Shown: positions 30,160 to 39,773 of the stretch, in pieces
Layout: every line of letters begins with the position of its first letter
Numbering within the stretch: the stretch's first letter is position 1
Source of the DNA: a virus
Lineage: Duplodnaviria; Caudoviricetes
IMG/VR virus record: IMGVR_UViG_3300044797_000034
Location: 247 to 64,246 of that record
Direction: 5' to 3' (one strand)
Length of the DNA: 64,000 nucleotides
The notes under the pieces: generated by a model
What the model was told of the DNA's origin: nothing
Database searches by the model: none
Seen by the model: only the letters and a program-made list of their open reading frames with translations
Position numbers and translations under genes: made by a program

Positions 30160-30355
30160 GTACGAAAATCTCTAGATACCTATGGGTGCATTGTAAAGAA
30201 CGCCCGGCGATTCTAACGCCGTGACGGGTCACAGTGCACCCACAGAAATCCAAGTTGGAACGCATAACCGGGACAGGCAAATGCCCCGGTTATGCCTCCA
30301 TAGATAGTCGCCCAGTTGGATAGCACACTCAAGTGCTAGGAAATCCAAACGGGGC
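30047..30355 (-). ncRNA. candidate structured RNA: array of four stem-loop elements
   Basis: Stems at 30047-30164, 30183-30242, 30262-30295 and 30310-30355; G-U pairs mostly favour the minus strand. Confidence 0.45.
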
Positions 30356-30365
30356 CGATGACCAT

Positions 30366-31094
30366 TTATCCTGTTGCTTTCTCGTTGTTGTTAGCTTGCG
30401 GAATGTTGATACGATGTGCAATAGATGATGTTGATTGAAGCTTTTTCATCTCGTGTTCATTGCGCTTCCGGTCCTTACAAGGAGTGCATTGAACACGGAT
30501 ACGATAGTGATCAGGGCTGCCACTTATCTTAAGGTACTTCGCCACCCGCAAGATTTCTCCAATGTTTACGTGAAAAACGCTTTCGCATTCACGGCACGCG
30601 CCACTGTAAACATGCGTAGCTAAGTAGGCTGCTGCTTCCCGCGTTCCCGCAGTACGTACTTCCTTGCCCTTATCGTCCTTCTCCCATACCCCTCCAAGTG
30701 ATTCCCACTTAATGAGAAACTCGTCAGGTTTTACAGGAAGATACTCCATGTACCCGATTCCGTACTGGCGATAACACGAACAGAGCACTCCGCCGACACC
30801 AGTGATCATACGAGAGTCACAGAGCATGCAGCGCTTCTCGCGCCACACCATAGCCTTCTCTATATCACCGTTTTTCTCGGCTTGTTCCGCCTTCTTCCAA
30901 CGCCAGGCATTGTGTGCCTCTTGGCGATCGTGGAATTGGGCGGCTATTTCCTCAAGTTCTTCTTTTTCGAGGCCCAGCATATTACTGAGCATCTTCCAAT
31001 GCCCTTGCTGTATACCACGGATATAACACAACACACTTATTCGACTACCGGCCTCCAAACTAGTGGCGGCCTGAGCGCTAACTTCACTTGACAT
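30366..31094 (-). CDS. hypothetical Zn-binding protein
   Basis: 242 aa; several CxxC pairs. Confidence 0.6.
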   Translation of the reverse strand: MSSEVSAQAATSLEAGSRISVLCYIRGIQQGHWKMLSNMLGLEKEELEEIAAQFHDRQEAHNAWRWKKAEQAEKNGDIEKAMVWREKRCMLCDSRMITGVGGVLCSCYRQYGIGYMEYLPVKPDEFLIKWESLGGVWEKDDKGKEVRTAGTREAAAYLATHVYSGACRECESVFHVNIGEILRVAKYLKISGSPDHYRIRVQCTPCKDRKRNEHEMKKLQSTSSIAHRINIPQANNNEKATG

Positions 31095-31202
31095 TACGAC
31101 ACCTTCCTACAGAACAGTGTTAGTCGCGACAGCCGTAACAGCCGTATCACTAAATATTCCTAACATTATCTTCTACCGAAAAATATTGCTATTATTTGCA
31201 AT

Positions 31203-34200
31203 ATGACTGGCGATCTTCGACCTGTCCTTACTACTGCGGCAAATATCCGTAAGGACATACATACAAAAATAAAAGCAGCGCTGCACAATATTTTTCCGTT
31301 AGACCTGAAAGGTCGTACGCTGGAGCTAAAGGATGTTGCTGTTTTCCCACAAAACTTTTCTCCAGATGAAGAGAAACACGCATTGCTAACAGGCGGTGGC
31401 CTACATGAGCCGGTTAAGGGCACACTTGTACTACGCGGTGGTGATGGAAAAATAATTGACGAGGCCAGAAACTTTACGTTAATGAAGCTGCCGTTTTTTA
31501 CCGATAGACACACGGTCATAGTGGACGGTAATGAATACCAGGTAGCTAACCAGTTGCGTCGTAAGCCGGGTATTTATACACAACGCTCCGCTAACGGCGA
31601 ATTAAGTACCCTATTCAACCTTTCTAAGGGCGGTAGTTTCTATGTAACGATGGTGCCAGAAACCGGCAAGTTCAACTTAGAGTACGACAACACAAAGATT
31701 CCACTATACCCTATTCTACGTGCCCTAAGTGTTCCTCACGCAGATATAGCAAAACACTGGGGTGCAGGTGTTGCCGATGAGAATAAGAACATCTCAGAGG
31801 TACAATCAACCCAGGCTATAAACAAGCTTTACAAAAAACTAGTACACCCGCACGTACAAAACTTGAGTGCGCCTATAGAAGACAAGATTAAGGCGATAGC
31901 CGACAAGTATGCGGCTACAGAAATAACAGGCGGTGTTACCGAACAGACTGTTGGAGCTCATCACTCAAAGGTTTCGCCGTCAGCATTACTTGATGCATCT
32001 AGGAAGCTTTTATCTGTGCATGAGGGTAAGTCAGAAATAGATGATGCAGATAGTCTTACGTTCAAGTCCTTTCATGCAGTAGATGATTTCTTGAAGGAAC
32101 GACTTGAACTTTTTGCTCGTACATGGGGGCCTAAGACACGACTTAGATTCACAGGTAAAGACAAGATAAGAGATGCTCTCGCACCACAACCTTTTACTGA
32201 AAACATCAAACGATTTGTAACTACGTCTACACTTACGGCGGTTCCTACTGGTATAAATCCAATAGAACTTCTTGACCACTCTGTAAAAGTTACGTCTCTT
32301 GGCGAAGGTGGCATTAGCTCAGATAGAGCCATTCCCTATGAATCACGATTAGTGCACAATTCCCATTATGGAGTTATTGATCCTATCCGTAGCCCTGACT
32401 CGTCACATGCTGGCGTAGACGTTCGTATTACAATCGCAGCTAAGCATGATGATCAAGGTAACCTCTATACCCCGGTTAAAAATCTAAAGACCGGTAAGAC
32501 AGAATTCTTACCTGCCGGCGATCAACATAAGTACATCATCGCTTTTCCACACCAGGAAATGAAAGGTCAAGTAGACGCATTTGTTCACGGTAAGGTGGAA
32601 AAGATAGACGCTAAAAAAGTAGAACACCAATACGTGCACAATGCGCAGGCGTACTCGCCCGCAACGTCTCTGATTCCATTTTTGCACAATATTCAGGGGA
32701 ATCGTGCTATCATGGCGTCAAAGATGCAAACACAGGCGTTACCTCTCGTAGAACGAGAGGCGCCGTTAGTACAGGTAAAATCACATCGTGGAAATGAAAG
32801 TTATGAAAAACTATATGCCAAATTGGTTGTTCCGACTGCTCCTTTTGATGGTGTTATCTCTCGTATTGAGGGTGGACGAATATATGTTTCGCCGACTGGA
32901 AAAGCGTCAACGACTCCTACCGAAGCGTTAAAGATTGCTTCTGATGACGTAGGCGTGCCATACCAAACAGACTTCCCATTTCCGTCTAAGACATTCTTGA
33001 ATCACACGGTCTCGGTTAAAGTCGGGGATAAAGTAAAAGCGGGTCAGACGCTGGCCGGATCTAACTTCACTAAAGATGACACCCTCGCCCTAGGTAAAAA
33101 CCTTCGTGTCGCGTATATGGCATACCACGGTTTGAATTCAAATGACGCCATTGTAATTAGTGAAGGCGCTGCCAAGAAGCTAACGTCTGAGCACGGGTAC
33201 CGAGAGGTATTTCCGATTAACCCAAAAACAGAACTTAGCAAGGAGAAGCACCGAGTATATTACTCAAGTAAGTATGATCCCACACAGTACACACGCTTGG
33301 ATGAACACGGTGTAATAAAGAAGGGTGAAAAAGTAAACCCACATGATCTCTTAGTTGCGGCTCTTACTAAGAGCGCTCCCTCAGGAGCTGACTTGATGTT
33401 AGGTAGGATATCTAAGGCGCTAACCCGTCCGTACAAAGACATGGCGCTGACTTGGGAACATAGTTTTCCTGGCGAAGTAGTAGAAGTTGTGCGTACTCCT
33501 AATCAGATTGCGTTGCTGATAAAAACAAATGAGCCTATGCAGATTGGAGATAAGCTAGCCGCACGTTACGCTAACAAGGGTGTAGTAGCAAAGATAATTC
33601 CCGATCATGAGATGGTACAGGATGAATCGGGTGCACCTATAGATGTGGTTATGACATCAGCCGGTATTACGAGCCGTATTAACCCTGGTCAGTTAGTAGA
33701 ATCAGCACTTGGTAAGGTAGCTGAGAAGACAGGTAAGCCTATTCTAGTAGACAATGCTGATCCACATGACGCCGTAGAATATGCGTCTAAGATGCTTAAG
33801 GATCACGGGCTAAAAGACAAAGAAGTTCTTTACGACCCCGTTAACAAACGCAGCATTACTGGTCCCGACGGTAAGGGCGTATTCGTAGGACGTAGTTACA
33901 TTCTCAAGTTGTTTAAAAGTACAGATACAAACTTTTCAGCTCACGGGATATCAGGATATGATTTGAATGAGCAGCCATTAAAGCACGGCGGTGAGGAAAC
34001 ACCAAAGGGCATTGCTAAGATGGAGTTCGATGCTCTAATAGCACATAATGCTCGTAACGTGTTGAAGGAATCTAGTACAATACGTTCGCAGAAAAATGAA
34101 GAGTTTTGGCGTGCACTGCAGTTAGGTCACCCACTACCTGCCAGCAAACCGTCGTTTGTATGGAACAAATTCTTAGCTCTACTTGAGGGTGCAGGCGTAA

Positions 34201-35600
34201 AGGTGGATAAGACTGGTAGCAAGATCCGTTTACTACCTATGACTGACAAGGACATTATTGGTAAGTCTTCTGGTGTAATAGAAAACAACAAAACCATAGT
34301 CGCTAAGAATTTACAACCTGAACGCGGTGGTTTATTTGATGCAAATGCTACTGGCGGTCCGCAAGGTACTAAGTTCTCACACATACCACTGTCAGAGTCT
34401 TTGCCCAATCCTGTATTCGAAGAACCTATACGCCGCTTACTAGGACTGACCGGGCCACAGTTTGATAAGTTAGTTAAGGAACACGGTGGTGCACATTTTC
34501 ACAAGGAGCTCTCTAAGATAAACATAGACGAGCGGTTAGGTGAGTTACACACTGAGCTTTCTACAGCTAAGGGTGCTGATATAAACAGCAAGGTAAAGCA
34601 GATAAAGTATCTGATGGCATTAAAAGCTGAGGGACTACGTCCAGAGGACGCTTACATACTCAACAATGTACCTGTTGTACCGCCGGTATTCAGACCGATT
34701 CTGCCTATGGTTCACGACCCTAAGCAATTGATGGTATCTGATGCTAACAAGCTATACATTCACTTAATGGACGCGAACCATACGCTGAAAACTACTTTAC
34801 TTCCATCTGACATGGCTGCTAATAGAGAGCATCTTTACAATGCCGTAGGGGCCTTATTTGGTACGCATGATGTGGCTGATGATGAATTACGTGGACAAAA
34901 AGTAAAAGGCTTTTTGTCTTCTATATCTGGTGTAACTTCTCCTAAGTCAGGTTTCTTTCAGAAGAAAATCATGCGTAAAACCATGGATATTTCAGGCCGT
35001 GGTACGATTGTACCTGATGTAAACATATCTATGGACCAGGTAGGCATACCTGAAGAAATGCTATGGAAGATGTACGAACCGTTCTTGGTATCACGGCTTG
35101 TAAAGACAGGCTACCCTGCAATCCAGGCTAAAGAAATGGTCAAGGACCGCGTACCGGCAGCTAAAACAGCTCTCTTAATCGAGTGTAAGGAACGCCCGGT
35201 TTACATTAACCGTGCTCCGACTTTACATAGATGGTCAATCGTTGGAGGTTACCCTATTCCAGTAGAAGGCAAGACTCTTAGGATCTCGCCTCTTATAGAA
35301 AAAGGAATGAACGCCGACTATGACGGCGACGCCCTACAAATACACGCCCCTGTAACAGCGGCTGCAGTACGTGACGTACGTAACATGTTGCCGTCTAATC
35401 TGTTGTTACAAGACCAAAAACGTAACAGTCTTACGTCATTCCCTCAGCATGAGGCTATTCTAGGGGTGGCTCACGCATCTAACGCTAAAGCAACAGGCCC
35501 CGAGAAAACGTTCAAAACTACAGAAGAAATGACTGCGGCATACCGCCGAGGCGAGCTTAAGTTGTCGGATTCTGTAAAGATAGATCCAGGGCACAAGTAA
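31203..35600 (+). CDS. multisubunit RNA polymerase: beta fused to the N-terminal (catalytic) part of beta-prime
   Basis: Beta motifs NQLRRKPG, NRAIMASKMQTQA, GDKLAARYANKGVV and KMEFDAL, followed by beta-prime motifs PERGGLF, PVVPPVFRP, DISGRGTI, NRAPTLHR and catalytic NADYDGD. Confidence 0.95.
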   Translation: MTGDLRPVLTTAANIRKDIHTKIKAALHNIFPLDLKGRTLELKDVAVFPQNFSPDEEKHALLTGGGLHEPVKGTLVLRGGDGKIIDEARNFTLMKLPFFTDRHTVIVDGNEYQVANQLRRKPGIYTQRSANGELSTLFNLSKGGSFYVTMVPETGKFNLEYDNTKIPLYPILRALSVPHADIAKHWGAGVADENKNISEVQSTQAINKLYKKLVHPHVQNLSAPIEDKIKAIADKYAATEITGGVTEQTVGAHHSKVSPSALLDASRKLLSVHEGKSEIDDADSLTFKSFHAVDDFLKERLELFARTWGPKTRLRFTGKDKIRDALAPQPFTENIKRFVTTSTLTAVPTGINPIELLDHSVKVTSLGEGGISSDRAIPYESRLVHNSHYGVIDPIRSPDSSHAGVDVRITIAAKHDDQGNLYTPVKNLKTGKTEFLPAGDQHKYIIAFPHQEMKGQVDAFVHGKVEKIDAKKVEHQYVHNAQAYSPATSLIPFLHNIQGNRAIMASKMQTQALPLVEREAPLVQVKSHRGNESYEKLYAKLVVPTAPFDGVISRIEGGRIYVSPTGKASTTPTEALKIASDDVGVPYQTDFPFPSKTFLNHTVSVKVGDKVKAGQTLAGSNFTKDDTLALGKNLRVAYMAYHGLNSNDAIVISEGAAKKLTSEHGYREVFPINPKTELSKEKHRVYYSSKYDPTQYTRLDEHGVIKKGEKVNPHDLLVAALTKSAPSGADLMLGRISKALTRPYKDMALTWEHSFPGEVVEVVRTPNQIALLIKTNEPMQIGDKLAARYANKGVVAKIIPDHEMVQDESGAPIDVVMTSAGITSRINPGQLVESALGKVAEKTGKPILVDNADPHDAVEYASKMLKDHGLKDKEVLYDPVNKRSITGPDGKGVFVGRSYILKLFKSTDTNFSAHGISGYDLNEQPLKHGGEETPKGIAKMEFDALIAHNARNVLKESSTIRSQKNEEFWRALQLGHPLPASKPSFVWNKFLALLEGAGVKVDKTGSKIRLLPMTDKDIIGKSSGVIENNKTIVAKNLQPERGGLFDANATGGPQGTKFSHIPLSESLPNPVFEEPIRRLLGLTGPQFDKLVKEHGGAHFHKELSKINIDERLGELHTELSTAKGADINSKVKQIKYLMALKAEGLRPEDAYILNNVPVVPPVFRPILPMVHDPKQLMVSDANKLYIHLMDANHTLKTTLLPSDMAANREHLYNAVGALFGTHDVADDELRGQKVKGFLSSISGVTSPKSGFFQKKIMRKTMDISGRGTIVPDVNISMDQVGIPEEMLWKMYEPFLVSRLVKTGYPAIQAKEMVKDRVPAAKTALLIECKERPVYINRAPTLHRWSIVGGYPIPVEGKTLRISPLIEKGMNADYDGDALQIHAPVTAAAVRDVRNMLPSNLLLQDQKRNSLTSFPQHEAILGVAHASNAKATGPEKTFKTTEEMTAAYRRGELKLSDSVKIDPGHK

Positions 35601-35626
35601 TTAAGGCTTATCCTTAACCTAAGCAG

Positions 35627-36349
35627 ATGAGTTCCAAAGAAGCATTACATCCGTATCTGCAAACCATAATGGGTAACCTACCGCCGACTATAGGTGAGGG
35701 TGAGGGTTCGCCTGATATGGAGCCACCGCCTGAGCCAGTACCGCCGGGTATGACTACTGAGCAGCCTATGGAGGGTGAGCAGGCTGCGACGACTGATATG
35801 CCACCCCAACAGCCTGGTATGGGTGGGCAGCTTCCGCCAGAGGCTCAGATGTTAGCGGCTATGGGTCAGACACCTGGTATGCCTGATCCAAATGATCCTC
35901 TACGCAATACCAAAGATGAAGGTGTGTATAGCGTAGATGAAATGGGTATTCTTGAGATACTCAGTAAAATATTAACTGGCAAGTATGCCATTTTGATAAT
36001 GTACTATCACTACGGTGCTACGATGCTGTCTTTATCACGAGATAGCATTTACAAACACTTTTTAGAACACGCAAAAGAGGAACGTGAATCTGCTTACATG
36101 GTGGCTAAGCTGATTGTTGCTATGGGAGGGCAAGCTGCGCCTAAGGTTGGTCCAGTACGTCCTGCGGTTGATATGGCTTCTATGTTTTCAGAACTGCTGA
36201 AGGCGGAACAGAAGGTACAAGGCTTTTGGCGAGAATTGAATATGGCAGCTGGACAGAACTTAGGGTTGCAGGCATTCGCGCAGGATCAATGTCAGCTAGA
36301 CTTTCAACACGCAAACGATTTGCGACGGTGGATTAGAAGCGAATGTTAA
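35627..36349 (+). CDS. ferritin-like four-helix-bundle protein with Pro/Met/Gln-rich N-terminus
   Basis: YYHY...HFLEHAKEERESA..VAKLIVAMGG...LKAEQK...DFQHA pattern. Confidence 0.65.
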   Translation: MSSKEALHPYLQTIMGNLPPTIGEGEGSPDMEPPPEPVPPGMTTEQPMEGEQAATTDMPPQQPGMGGQLPPEAQMLAAMGQTPGMPDPNDPLRNTKDEGVYSVDEMGILEILSKILTGKYAILIMYYHYGATMLSLSRDSIYKHFLEHAKEERESAYMVAKLIVAMGGQAAPKVGPVRPAVDMASMFSELLKAEQKVQGFWRELNMAAGQNLGLQAFAQDQCQLDFQHANDLRRWIRSEC

Positions 36350-36990
36350 AGGTAGCTCTATTTGGATTAGATAAGACACCAAAGTTAGACGCAGCACATG
36401 CAGAACTAATTAGGAGTCATGCGTCACCAGAACACGTAGCCGCAATCAATGCTTTGCCTACAGATGCAAAGGGCATTGCTGCTTATCCATTTTCTGATAT
36501 CGAAGGGCATCACACTTTAGTATTCTACAGTCCTACTAAAGGCAATTTAGAAGTTCCTGTACCAAAAGATTTAATGCTTCACATGTTTCCTGAACTTAAA
36601 GATGAAAACACAGTACTATATCAGGAGGGACATGAAGGGCTTAACAGAGCTACTAATTACCTGTCAGAAAAAAATAAAGTTAAAGCAAAAACAGCTTCAG
36701 ATTTCAATTATATGTTTGAAAACATAATCAAGATGGCTGCGGCGGACGCGCGTTGTCAATACGGCATTGGACAAGAGGAGCAGAATCCTAACCCCGTGGA
36801 ACAGCTTACTCATGCTATGCAAAACATGGGTGATGATGCTAAGCCATTCTGGCTGTATGATTCTAAGAAAAATGATCCGAGTCGGTCAGATACGTCTTGG
36901 GGTCCGGCTACACCACTGAACTCTGGCGATGCAGCTGATAGAAATACTCCGTTTTCAGCAGGCTTGAACATTGTATTTGGAGGCGTGTAA
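36343..36990 (+). CDS. hypothetical K-x-A-containing protein
   Basis: KVA, KTAS and KMAA motifs; coupled to its neighbours. Confidence 0.6.
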   Translation: MLKVALFGLDKTPKLDAAHAELIRSHASPEHVAAINALPTDAKGIAAYPFSDIEGHHTLVFYSPTKGNLEVPVPKDLMLHMFPELKDENTVLYQEGHEGLNRATNYLSEKNKVKAKTASDFNYMFENIIKMAAADARCQYGIGQEEQNPNPVEQLTHAMQNMGDDAKPFWLYDSKKNDPSRSDTSWGPATPLNSGDAADRNTPFSAGLNIVFGGV

Positions 36991-37385
36991 TGTCGCAGCA
37001 AAAATTGATAAACGTGTTTGCTCAATTTTATCCAGAAACTTCAAAGTATGGAAAGCTGTTGAAAACTGCTGTAGACTTCGGTGTAGTCGCCAAACACATC
37101 GTAACGCCTCCGGCTAACCTTCTTCAGGCAATGGGCGCTGGCCTTCGTGGTGCCGGTAATGCCGCTCATGCAGTTACATCTTCCATGCCAGATCACGGGC
37201 AACTAGCACGTATGCTGGCGTCTCTACCATCAGCCGTTGCTGGTGGCGCTAAGAGCTTCTATGATGCTGGTGGCGTTGGTGCTGGCGCACTGACAGGACT
37301 AGGTGCTTCAGCACTATACGGTGGCAAAAAACTATACGATGAATACGCATCACCTGCGGGGTACTACAAGCCGGGCGGATACTAA
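36990..37385 (+). CDS. Gly/Ala-rich protein, putative virion component
   Basis: KTA followed by a GxxxG-rich hydrophobic segment; TAATG-coupled on both sides. Confidence 0.6.
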   Translation: MSQQKLINVFAQFYPETSKYGKLLKTAVDFGVVAKHIVTPPANLLQAMGAGLRGAGNAAHAVTSSMPDHGQLARMLASLPSAVAGGAKSFYDAGGVGAGALTGLGASALYGGKKLYDEYASPAGYYKPGGY

Positions 37386-39193
37386 TGGCATCTGTTGGTC
37401 ACCTGCTGGTAAATGAGGTCTTGCCGGATAAGTACAAGATCACTGGACCAGTAACAGCTAAGAGTTTACATGATTCAATGGTCAGCCTGGCCAAGGAAGA
37501 CCCGCAGCTATACGCCCATGTTGTACACAAGCTAAAGCAGCGTGGTGATGAGATAGCAACACTCGAAGGTATATCAGTAGGCCTTGATGACATTAGACCT
37601 GAGTATGCCGCCCGCGATGCAATTCTAAACCCTGTCATCAAAGCGTTCAACGCTACGAAGAATCCAAAAGAGCAAGTGAAGCTTGTTGTAGATGCGCAGA
37701 AAAAATTACTTGATTACACAAAGCAACACAAAGGCTCCATGACCGAAATGGCGGCTACAGGGGCTCGTGGGAGCTTTCCTCAATTGATGAAGATGATAGG
37801 TACGCCACTGGCTTCACAATTACCTGGTAAAGACGTAACGCCATGGCTTGTTACAAAAAGCTATTCAGAGGGTTTGAGTCCCGCTGATTACTGGGTGATG
37901 GCCCCTGAATCCCGTGCAAACAGCATTGCAACTACGGTATCTACTGCTGAGCCGGGTGAAATGGCGAAGGTGTTAGTTGCTAACATGACTAGTCAGGTAA
38001 TCACACAGCATGATTGTGGTACGCACAATGGTGTACGTATGATGATAGATGACCCACACAGTATTGATCGCTATCTTGCTAGTGAACAACATGGGCAGGC
38101 ACACAACACGTTGGTTACGCCTGAACTCATAAATATCCTAAAGGCTAAAAAAGCAGAATGGTTACTTGTGCGAAGTCCTATGACCTGCGTTGATCCTCAC
38201 GGTGTTTGTCAGATGTGTTATGGATTAAATGAAAAGGGTCATTTACACGCAATAGGGATTAACGTAGGTACGCGCAGTGCTCAGGCAATGGCAGAACCAC
38301 TTACACAGATGGCCCTCGGATCTAAGCACGCAATTCTTACTGTTAAAGAAAAAACACTTACACCGACAGGTTTTAAAGGTGTACGTCAGATTTTGGAAAT
38401 ACCGAAGATCTTTCAAGGTGAAGCGGTACTAGCCCCTGCCGCTGACACAGTGTCTGAAATACGTAGTGCACCACAGGGCGGTAGTTACGTAAAACTGAAG
38501 CAACATAAAAAAGAACTCTACGTTAATCCAGCCTTAGATTTACACGTTAAGGTAGGTGATCATGTTGAAGCCGGTGATGCTATGACAAATGGCTTGCCAC
38601 GACCAGATGAAATCACGCAACACAAAGGTATTGGCGCTGGCAGACAATATTTCGTAAACGCGCTGCATGACATGTACAATGGTTCGGGGGTAAACCTTGA
38701 TAAGCGGCATTACGAACTTTTAGCTAAATCAGCTCTTAACCACGTACAGTTCGTAGATTCAGATCCTAACCATCCTGAATTTCTCAGAGGCGATGTTGTA
38801 GCATACAATACTTTTGCGGATGCTTATAGAAAGGATGCCGAAACTGTCTCTACTGACAAAGCTGAGGGCCACCGTCTTGCAGCAGACGTTCATCACCACA
38901 CTGTAGGTACGTTGATTACCCCGTCTCTAGTAAAGGAACTGAAGTCCCACGGCGTAAAGGAAGTTTCAGTTTCTAGAGTCGCTCCCAATGTAACATTTGT
39001 ACACAGATCCTTCGTGATGAATCCTTTACTAGATCACGATTGGTTAGGACGTCTAGCACATAGATTTTTACGAAACTCTATCCAACAGGCTGCACATACA
39101 CGAGAAGAGAGCAATTTACACGGTACACACCCTGTGCCGGCTTATGCTTTTGGTGCGGAAATGCAAGAAGGTTTAGATGGCGGAACCTACTAA
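37385..39193 (+). CDS. RNA polymerase beta-prime C-terminal part
   Basis: TGARG, SYSEGLS, DCGT, RSPMTC...GVCQMCYG, trigger loop AQAMAEPLTQMALGSKH, VEAGD and KRHYE. Confidence 0.93.
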   Translation: MASVGHLLVNEVLPDKYKITGPVTAKSLHDSMVSLAKEDPQLYAHVVHKLKQRGDEIATLEGISVGLDDIRPEYAARDAILNPVIKAFNATKNPKEQVKLVVDAQKKLLDYTKQHKGSMTEMAATGARGSFPQLMKMIGTPLASQLPGKDVTPWLVTKSYSEGLSPADYWVMAPESRANSIATTVSTAEPGEMAKVLVANMTSQVITQHDCGTHNGVRMMIDDPHSIDRYLASEQHGQAHNTLVTPELINILKAKKAEWLLVRSPMTCVDPHGVCQMCYGLNEKGHLHAIGINVGTRSAQAMAEPLTQMALGSKHAILTVKEKTLTPTGFKGVRQILEIPKIFQGEAVLAPAADTVSEIRSAPQGGSYVKLKQHKKELYVNPALDLHVKVGDHVEAGDAMTNGLPRPDEITQHKGIGAGRQYFVNALHDMYNGSGVNLDKRHYELLAKSALNHVQFVDSDPNHPEFLRGDVVAYNTFADAYRKDAETVSTDKAEGHRLAADVHHHTVGTLITPSLVKELKSHGVKEVSVSRVAPNVTFVHRSFVMNPLLDHDWLGRLAHRFLRNSIQQAAHTREESNLHGTHPVPAYAFGAEMQEGLDGGTY

Positions 39194-39716
39194 ATTCCTG
39201 GATAAAGTGGTATTCGCCGCTAAAGAAGCTGCTCATGAGAAGTACGCTGACATACCTGATTTTTTAGGTCATGTGTTTAGCTCACACCAATTACCGCAAA
39301 ATGCACCATTTCATCACCATGTAGGTGAGGGGCTACGACAAATGGCATTTGGCGATCCTTTGACGGTACATAATGAATTTCGGCAAGGTGGGCTTGGACA
39401 CGTTCTTAGTAAGACCTTGAGGCCACAGGGGCTACTTGACGCAGGTATGCGTTACGGTTTGCCTGCGGCTCTTACAGCGAATATGTACCGTAAGTTGTCA
39501 CCAGAACAACGATCTAACTCCGGCGGCGCTATATTAGGTAACGCGGCCGGTGGTTTACTAGGTGGACATGTCGGGGGTAGGTTTGGAATGTTAGGTCAGT
39601 CAGTGCTCGCGCCTCTAGGAGCCCGTGCTGGACAATGGTTAGGTAGTAAATTCGACAAACCAGCGCCCCAACAGCAACAACCGCCCGTACACCAAGTTAA
39701 CGTTCCACCAACTTAA
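39177..39716 (+). CDS. glycine-zipper protein
   Basis: KEAA and KYA near the N-terminus; GAILGNAAGGLLGGHVGG...GARAGQWLG. Confidence 0.6.
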   Translation: MAEPTKFLDKVVFAAKEAAHEKYADIPDFLGHVFSSHQLPQNAPFHHHVGEGLRQMAFGDPLTVHNEFRQGGLGHVLSKTLRPQGLLDAGMRYGLPAALTANMYRKLSPEQRSNSGGAILGNAAGGLLGGHVGGRFGMLGQSVLAPLGARAGQWLGSKFDKPAPQQQQPPVHQVNVPPT

Positions 39717-39773
39717 TTTTGATTTTTCGTCGGTTTCACAATATACTAGGTGAAGTACACTTTAGGAGTTTAC

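Noticed and set aside
30047-30164. c-di-GMP riboswitch or retron ncRNA
   Set aside because: ACGCAAAG is present on the minus strand, but the GGCAAA element and GNRA stem are not; no reverse transcriptase is in the window.
31129-31204. ACAGCCGTA tandem duplication and ATATTGC/GCAATAT palindrome at the RNAP start
   Set aside because: Short and single-copy, so possibly chance; it may belong to a divergent promoter but cannot be supported.
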